Shown here: positions 39,746 to 43,900 of the stretch, piece by piece | Layout: each line of letters starts with the position of its first letter | Position numbering within the stretch: position 1 is the first letter of the stretch | NCBI GenBank assembly: GCA_027297685.1 | Contig: JAPUHN010000228.1 | Location: 1 to 43,900, forward strand | DNA: 43,900 bases | DNA from: Alphaproteobacteria bacterium | GTDB taxonomy: Bacteria > Pseudomonadota > Alphaproteobacteria > UBA6615 | Direction of reading: 5' to 3' | Translations under genes and position numbers: made by a program | Notes under the pieces: model-generated | What the model saw: only the letters and a program-made list of their open reading frames with translations | What the model was told of the DNA's origin: nothing | Database searches by the model: none

Positions 39746-41356
39746 CTATTGTCCCTGATTTCGCCACCGTTCCACTACGGTTTCTATGAACTTCTCGTCT
39801 TTGACGTCTTCGGACCAGGCGCTCGAGAAGGCGGCGGTACCGCTTCGTGGCCTCTGATCTTCCGGAATCTCGTCGAAACAAATCCGCACCGGAACCGAAA
39901 CGCCCTCGCCAATGGCGATCGCCTCTGCATTACCAAGCGAGGGAAGCACGTCAAGCAACCGGAACGCAGAATCTGCAAGCATCGCTTGCACGAATGCTTG
40001 ATCATTCTGGTTGCTCATGCGCATCGCGAATATTGTGTTGCATTGTGAGAGAACTTCCGGTGCTAACTCGGAAGGCCGCTGGCTGACAACGCACAGGGAA
40101 ACACCGTACTTGCGGCCTTCCCTTGCAATCCGCGATAACGCCAGCTTGGCGGGCTCGAAGCCGCGGTTCACTTCCCGCGGAGCGTAACGGTGAGCTTCTT
40201 CGCAGACCAGCGTGACAGGCATAGCCCGTTCGTTCCAAAGCGAAAATTCAAAGGTCATGCGGCACAAAACAGAGATCACGATGTTAAGTATCTCTGACGG
40301 AACACCGGACAAATCGAGGATCGTTATTGGCTTGCCGGCGACCGGCACCCGGAAAAACTGCGAGAGGATCGCAACCATATTGTCGCGCACGCCGATGCCG
40401 GGGAACATGAACCCGAAGCGCGAATCAATTCGAATAGTCTCGATCAGCGCCTTGAGCCGGAGGTAGGGGGTGCTCTTGAGCGTCTTATCTAATCGGCCAA
40501 CCTCCTCGTCAATCAGACGTGTAACGTCGCTTAGCCGGTAGGGTACCGGCATATCCGGCGTAACCCGCTCGCGTAACTTCGAGTCGCTGAGCATTATCTT
40601 TTTCGCGGCAACGATCACATCCGAGAAAATAGCGGCCATCGACCCGCGGTCGTTGTTCTCGCCGCCGAGCACGATCTCCTCGAATTCCGCGAAGGTGAGC
40701 AGCCAGTATGGCAGCTTTAGGGTAGTTGTATCGAGATTTTCTGCTATGTCACTGAACGCAGACGCGTATTCGCTGTGCATGTCGAGCAGCAGAATGTGTC
40801 CGTGCGTGAAGCGGTTGAGAATGGCGCGCAGGATAGTTACCACCGCGCACGATTTGCCGCAGCCCGTAGCGCCAAGGATTGCGAAATGCTTGCCGAGCAA
40901 ATCGTCGGTCACAACACAGGCGGCCAGATTTCGATCTTGGTGGACGGAGCCCACGCGTACGCTGGTCAGTGGTGTGGTAGCGTAAACTAAACTTAGATCT
41001 GTTTGGTTAGTGGGGACGACTTCATCGCCCAACGATGGCATGACCGAGACACCCCGGCAAAAATCCGAGAGCTTTTGTTCTCCATTGATGTGGCACTCGC
41101 CGAGCAGCTCGACTTCGGCCAATCCATACTCCGAGGTGGAATTGTCGTGTGCCGGGACCGGGATACTGAGGCCGCCGACAATACCAAACACCACGAAGCC
41201 CGACACATTGACTTTGACCAGCGCGCCAATTTGCAGCTTCTGCTGAGCTTCGTTTGCCCCGGCGGATCCTCCGTGGAGAAGCACGACGACCTGCGCGCCT
41301 GAAACAGCCACGATACGGCCAATATTGACATCCTGAGTTGCTACCGAACCCTCCAT
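39746..41356 (-). CDS. HerA/FtsK-superfamily (DUF87-type) hexameric ATPase
   Basis: N-terminal barrel-like segment IGRIVAVSGAQVVVLL...GALVKVNV (HAS-barrel-like). Walker A HFAILGATGCGKS, LLLDMHSEY, Walker B VTLVCEEAHRYAP, and VVSQRPSEL. The ATG at 41356 has AGGAGG exactly 6 nt upstream; the track start at 41386 has no such support. Confidence 0.85.
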   Translation of the reverse strand: MEGSVATQDVNIGRIVAVSGAQVVVLLHGGSAGANEAQQKLQIGALVKVNVSGFVVFGIVGGLSIPVPAHDNSTSEYGLAEVELLGECHINGEQKLSDFCRGVSVMPSLGDEVVPTNQTDLSLVYATTPLTSVRVGSVHQDRNLAACVVTDDLLGKHFAILGATGCGKSCAVVTILRAILNRFTHGHILLLDMHSEYASAFSDIAENLDTTTLKLPYWLLTFAEFEEIVLGGENNDRGSMAAIFSDVIVAAKKIMLSDSKLRERVTPDMPVPYRLSDVTRLIDEEVGRLDKTLKSTPYLRLKALIETIRIDSRFGFMFPGIGVRDNMVAILSQFFRVPVAGKPITILDLSGVPSEILNIVISVLCRMTFEFSLWNERAMPVTLVCEEAHRYAPREVNRGFEPAKLALSRIAREGRKYGVSLCVVSQRPSELAPEVLSQCNTIFAMRMSNQNDQAFVQAMLADSAFRLLDVLPSLGNAEAIAIGEGVSVPVRICFDEIPEDQRPRSGTAAFSSAWSEDVKDEKFIETVVERWRNQGQ

Positions 41357-41425
41357 CACCGACCTCCTGTGGCCGCTTCGTTGCATTGCGGACGGCCCGC
41401 CACCACGCGGGTGCGGCGTTGCGAT

Positions 41426-42403
41426 CTAGCTTGCATTTGAATTGGCCGATCCTGTTGATATCGTTTTGTTCTTCGTCGGTCCTTCGCTCGTCGCGTGCAC
41501 ACTCGGCAGGTTTCTTTCCTGCTCCTTTGCGTAAACCCGCTCGCTCGGAAATCTCAACGTAACCGTTGTGCCTACGTCAATCTGGCTCTCGATTTCAAGC
41601 GTGCCGCCATGCAGTTCGACCAAACGTCTCGCAAGGGGCAAACCAAGGCCTGTCCCTTCGTACTGGCGAGCAAGACCTGTATCGATCTGGATGAATGGCG
41701 TCAGCACCTTGGAAATGTTGTCGGCGGCGATGCCAATTCCCGTATCGGACACGCGAACCACCATGTAGCCAGACTCCTCGACAACGGCTGCTATACGAAC
41801 CCTGCCGTCCGCAGGCGTAAACTTTACGGCATTGGAAAGCAGATTAATGAATATCTGCTTTAGCTTGACCGCATCGCCGCGAAGTCTGAGGGGGGCAGCC
41901 GGAATATTAACTTCGAGCGTCAATCGCGCGTTGGCTGCGCGTTCCTTGATGATCGTCAGGCAGCTCCGAATCGCTGCGCTTACATCGATCAGATCGTCGC
42001 GTAATTCGAGTTTGCCGGCTTCGATCTTGGCGAGGTCGAGTATATCGTTTATGAGGTCGAGCAAGTGTTGGCCCGAGTTCAAAACGTCTCGTGTGTATTC
42101 GGTGTACCGATCGTTGCCGATGGGTCCGTGTATTCCCGTCAACATCGCATCGGTGAAGCCGATGATTGCATTAAGCGGCGTTCGCAATTCATGACTGATG
42201 TTGGCGAGAAAATCGCTTTTGGCGCGATTTGCCGTCTCCGCCTCAATTTTTGCTGAATTCGCCGTGTCCACAAGCATTCGCTGTTGTTGCAGGGCTAACA
42301 GCGCAAAATCAGCACGCCGGTGGCCGGAAAGCTGTTTTAGCTGGCTGCTGTACTTGTCGAGAATGGAGTGTCGCCGCCCTTTGGAAGAGGATTGGCCGGC
42401 CAT
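41426..42403 (-). CDS. soluble histidine kinase without an input domain (HK2)
   Basis: 325 aa. About 70 aa of helical, coiled-coil-like sequence leads straight into the H-box [15 protein letters not shown] (His ~71), then [16 protein letters not shown] and GTGLGLPL. No TM segment and no receiver domain. Confidence 0.9.
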   Translation of the reverse strand: MAGQSSSKGRRHSILDKYSSQLKQLSGHRRADFALLALQQQRMLVDTANSAKIEAETANRAKSDFLANISHELRTPLNAIIGFTDAMLTGIHGPIGNDRYTEYTRDVLNSGQHLLDLINDILDLAKIEAGKLELRDDLIDVSAAIRSCLTIIKERAANARLTLEVNIPAAPLRLRGDAVKLKQIFINLLSNAVKFTPADGRVRIAAVVEESGYMVVRVSDTGIGIAADNISKVLTPFIQIDTGLARQYEGTGLGLPLARRLVELHGGTLEIESQIDVGTTVTLRFPSERVYAKEQERNLPSVHATSEGPTKNKTISTGSANSNAS

Positions 42404-42662
42404 GTCGTACTACCTTATAATCTGCAGGATAAATTAAATGCTGTGTATTCGGATACTCAATACATGGTAGATTTATTGTATTAAGTTTATGTTTAGATTT
42501 ATTCTGGGAATCCCCAAATAACGCATGGTATTTGCCGACAACGGCAGCACAATTGGCATCCGGTTGCGAGCCGGCACAGTTCTGGTTCGATAGGCCGTGG
42601 TCCGCTCTACCCTAAACAGCGGATCGAGTCCGAGACAAAACCGCTGGCGCCTGGTGGCAATT

Positions 42663-42680
42663 CGAGTCAAACTTGACTCG
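42663..42680. promoter_or_regulatory. 18-bp palindrome in the divergent control region (candidate operator)
   Basis: CGAGTCAA-AC-TTGACTCG: perfect 8-bp arms with a 2-nt centre, located between HK2 and the beta-propeller gene. Confidence 0.3.
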
Positions 42681-42858
42681 GGCGCGATGTGTTGCGCGAT
42701 CCATACTTGCCAAAATATGATGGAAGCGCGATTCCGCTCGCATCGCCGGCCCCCCGTGCGCGCTAAAACCCGTGCGGCAGTTGGGCCCAGTTGTAGCTAG
42801 GCGACGTATTTCGATCACATGTTTTGCCGCATGGCTGCGGGCTCGTATGAAGGGAGAT

Positions 42859-42904
42859 GGCTTCGCCGATTGTATAAGAGGCTTGGCTGCGGTCGGGCGA
42901 AGCC
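42859..42904 (+). other. Leader stem-loop just upstream of the beta-propeller gene SD
   Basis: GGCTTCGCC (42859..42867) and GGCGAAGCC (42896..42904) form a perfect 9-bp stem around a 28-nt loop. The stem ends 11 nt before the GGAGG SD. Confidence 0.35.
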
Positions 42905-42926
42905 GCCAGAGCAATGGAGGACCAAT

Positions 42927-43900
42927 ATGCTAAACAAAGCTATCTTTTGCTTGGCCTTGGTGTTCGCCGGAACACAGTCGATAGTCCCGGCCCGGGCTGA
43001 AATCCTAGCCATGGTCAACTATTCGTCCAAGAGTGGGCAGTCGGTGCAAAAAGAAGGCATCGCCATCCTCGATGTCGATCCGAAGTCTGCGAACTACGGT
43101 AAGATCCTTACTGACATCCCACTGCCTAAGGGGCTGAAAAACCACCATATCTTCTACAACAAGGACAACAGCAAGGGGTACATGACAGTGTTTGGCGAGA
43201 ACGCCCTCTACGTTCTCGATCTGAAGACAAAACCTTTCCGCCTGAGCAAGGTGTCGATACCCGATTGCGCGGTTGGTGAGGACGTCGTGTTCTCGGACGA
43301 CAACAGCCGCTGGTACGTAACCTGCATGGGCAGCAGTGTGGTTATCGTCGGCGACGCCGTGAGCGACAAGCCGATCAAGACGATCAAGGCGTCGAAGCCG
43401 TATCCGCACGGCATCGCCATCAACGAAAGTATCAATAGGATACTGATCACAGGAACCATCAAGCACGACCTCACCGAGCCGGGCGAGACTATTACCGCCA
43501 TCGAGGCCAGTACCGGAAAGGTACTGGAGAGCTACAAGGTCTCGAAAAAGCCGTCTCCTGCGGGCGCTGCGCCGGTAGAAATACTATTCGTGCCCGGCTC
43601 CAATCCCCCGGTCGCCTACGTCACCAACATGTTCGGCGGCACCCTGTGGGCGGCGACATGGATTCCCGCGACAAAGACCTTCACCGTGCAGGAAGTTTAC
43701 GACTTCGCATCGATCAAGGCTGGCGTACCGCTCGAAATCTATTTCAACAGGAAGGTCGACCGGCTCTACGTGACCACCGCAAACCCCGGCAAGTTTCACA
43801 TCTTCGACATCAGCGCCGGGCCGCTAAAACCCAAGCTCCTGAAGACCATCGACGGGGCAGCGGGCGCGCACCACGTCGGCATCACGCCGGACGAGAAGCT
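42927..43900 (+). CDS. secreted beta-propeller protein, distantly SBP56 (selenium-binding protein / methanethiol oxidase)-like; 3' end lies outside the window
   Basis: Missing from the supplied ORF track because it runs off the right edge. GGAGG (42916..42920), 6 nt, ATG. Signal peptide MLNKAIFCLALVFAGTQSIVPARA. The frame stays open for 324 codons to the window end. Motifs ILDVDPKSANYGKI...LP...NHH and DRLYVTTANPGKFHIFDISAGPLKPKL resemble SBP56-family motifs recalled from memory. Confidence 0.7.
   Translation, partial: MLNKAIFCLALVFAGTQSIVPARAEILAMVNYSSKSGQSVQKEGIAILDVDPKSANYGKILTDIPLPKGLKNHHIFYNKDNSKGYMTVFGENALYVLDLKTKPFRLSKVSIPDCAVGEDVVFSDDNSRWYVTCMGSSVVIVGDAVSDKPIKTIKASKPYPHGIAINESINRILITGTIKHDLTEPGETITAIEASTGKVLESYKVSKKPSPAGAAPVEILFVPGSNPPVAYVTNMFGGTLWAATWIPATKTFTVQEVYDFASIKAGVPLEIYFNRKVDRLYVTTANPGKFHIFDISAGPLKPKLLKTIDGAAGAHHVGITPDEK

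Noticed and set aside
42560-42660. tRNA-like fragments on the minus strand (GGGTAGAGCGG...; CCGG-CTCGCAA-CCGG...GCCA), considered as a tRNA gene or a partial tRNA att site marking an island boundary.
   Set aside because: I could not fold a cloverleaf. There is no complementary 5' acceptor strand and no anticodon stem, and the T-loop deviates from TTCGAAT. No matching direct repeat was found elsewhere in the window.

Overview
GC-rich chromosomal segment. Its gene order looks alphaproteobacterial (Rhizobiales/Hyphomicrobiales- or Rhodospirillales-like); that is an inference from synteny and protein motifs, since no search was run. About 37 kb is tightly packed, conserved housekeeping: a rubrerythrin-type gene start, irr, fabA-fabB-fabI, pnp-rpsO-truB-rbfA-infB-ylxR-nusA-rimP, trmB-metK, lnt-corC-ybeY-phoH-miaB, olsA-olsB-fur, mucR, rimI-tsaB, nfu, and trpS-murJ-glnD. 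Two variable insertions interrupt this backbone. One is a cell-wall trio (VanX-like dipeptidase, polysaccharide deacetylase, Bax-type glucosaminidase). The other is a tandem pair of paralogous class III adenylate cyclases. The last ~6.7 kb (37.2-43.9 kb) looks compositionally different, with lower GC by eye and long AT-rich spacers. It holds the most unusual content: an input-domain-less histidine kinase apparently co-transcribed with a HerA/FtsK-type hexameric ATPase, then a paralogous membrane histidine kinase with a Met/Gly/His-rich periplasmic insert. No response regulator and no NurA, Sir2 or other nuclease partner is present. A secreted SBP56-like beta-propeller gene is divergent from this cluster. 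I recognised no rRNA, tRNA, CRISPR array, IS element or integrase. Many long ORFs in the six-frame track are off-frame or antisense shadows of real genes in GC-rich DNA. Several start codons were moved downstream of the longest-ORF start on the basis of Shine-Dalgarno (SD) motifs and conserved family N-termini.
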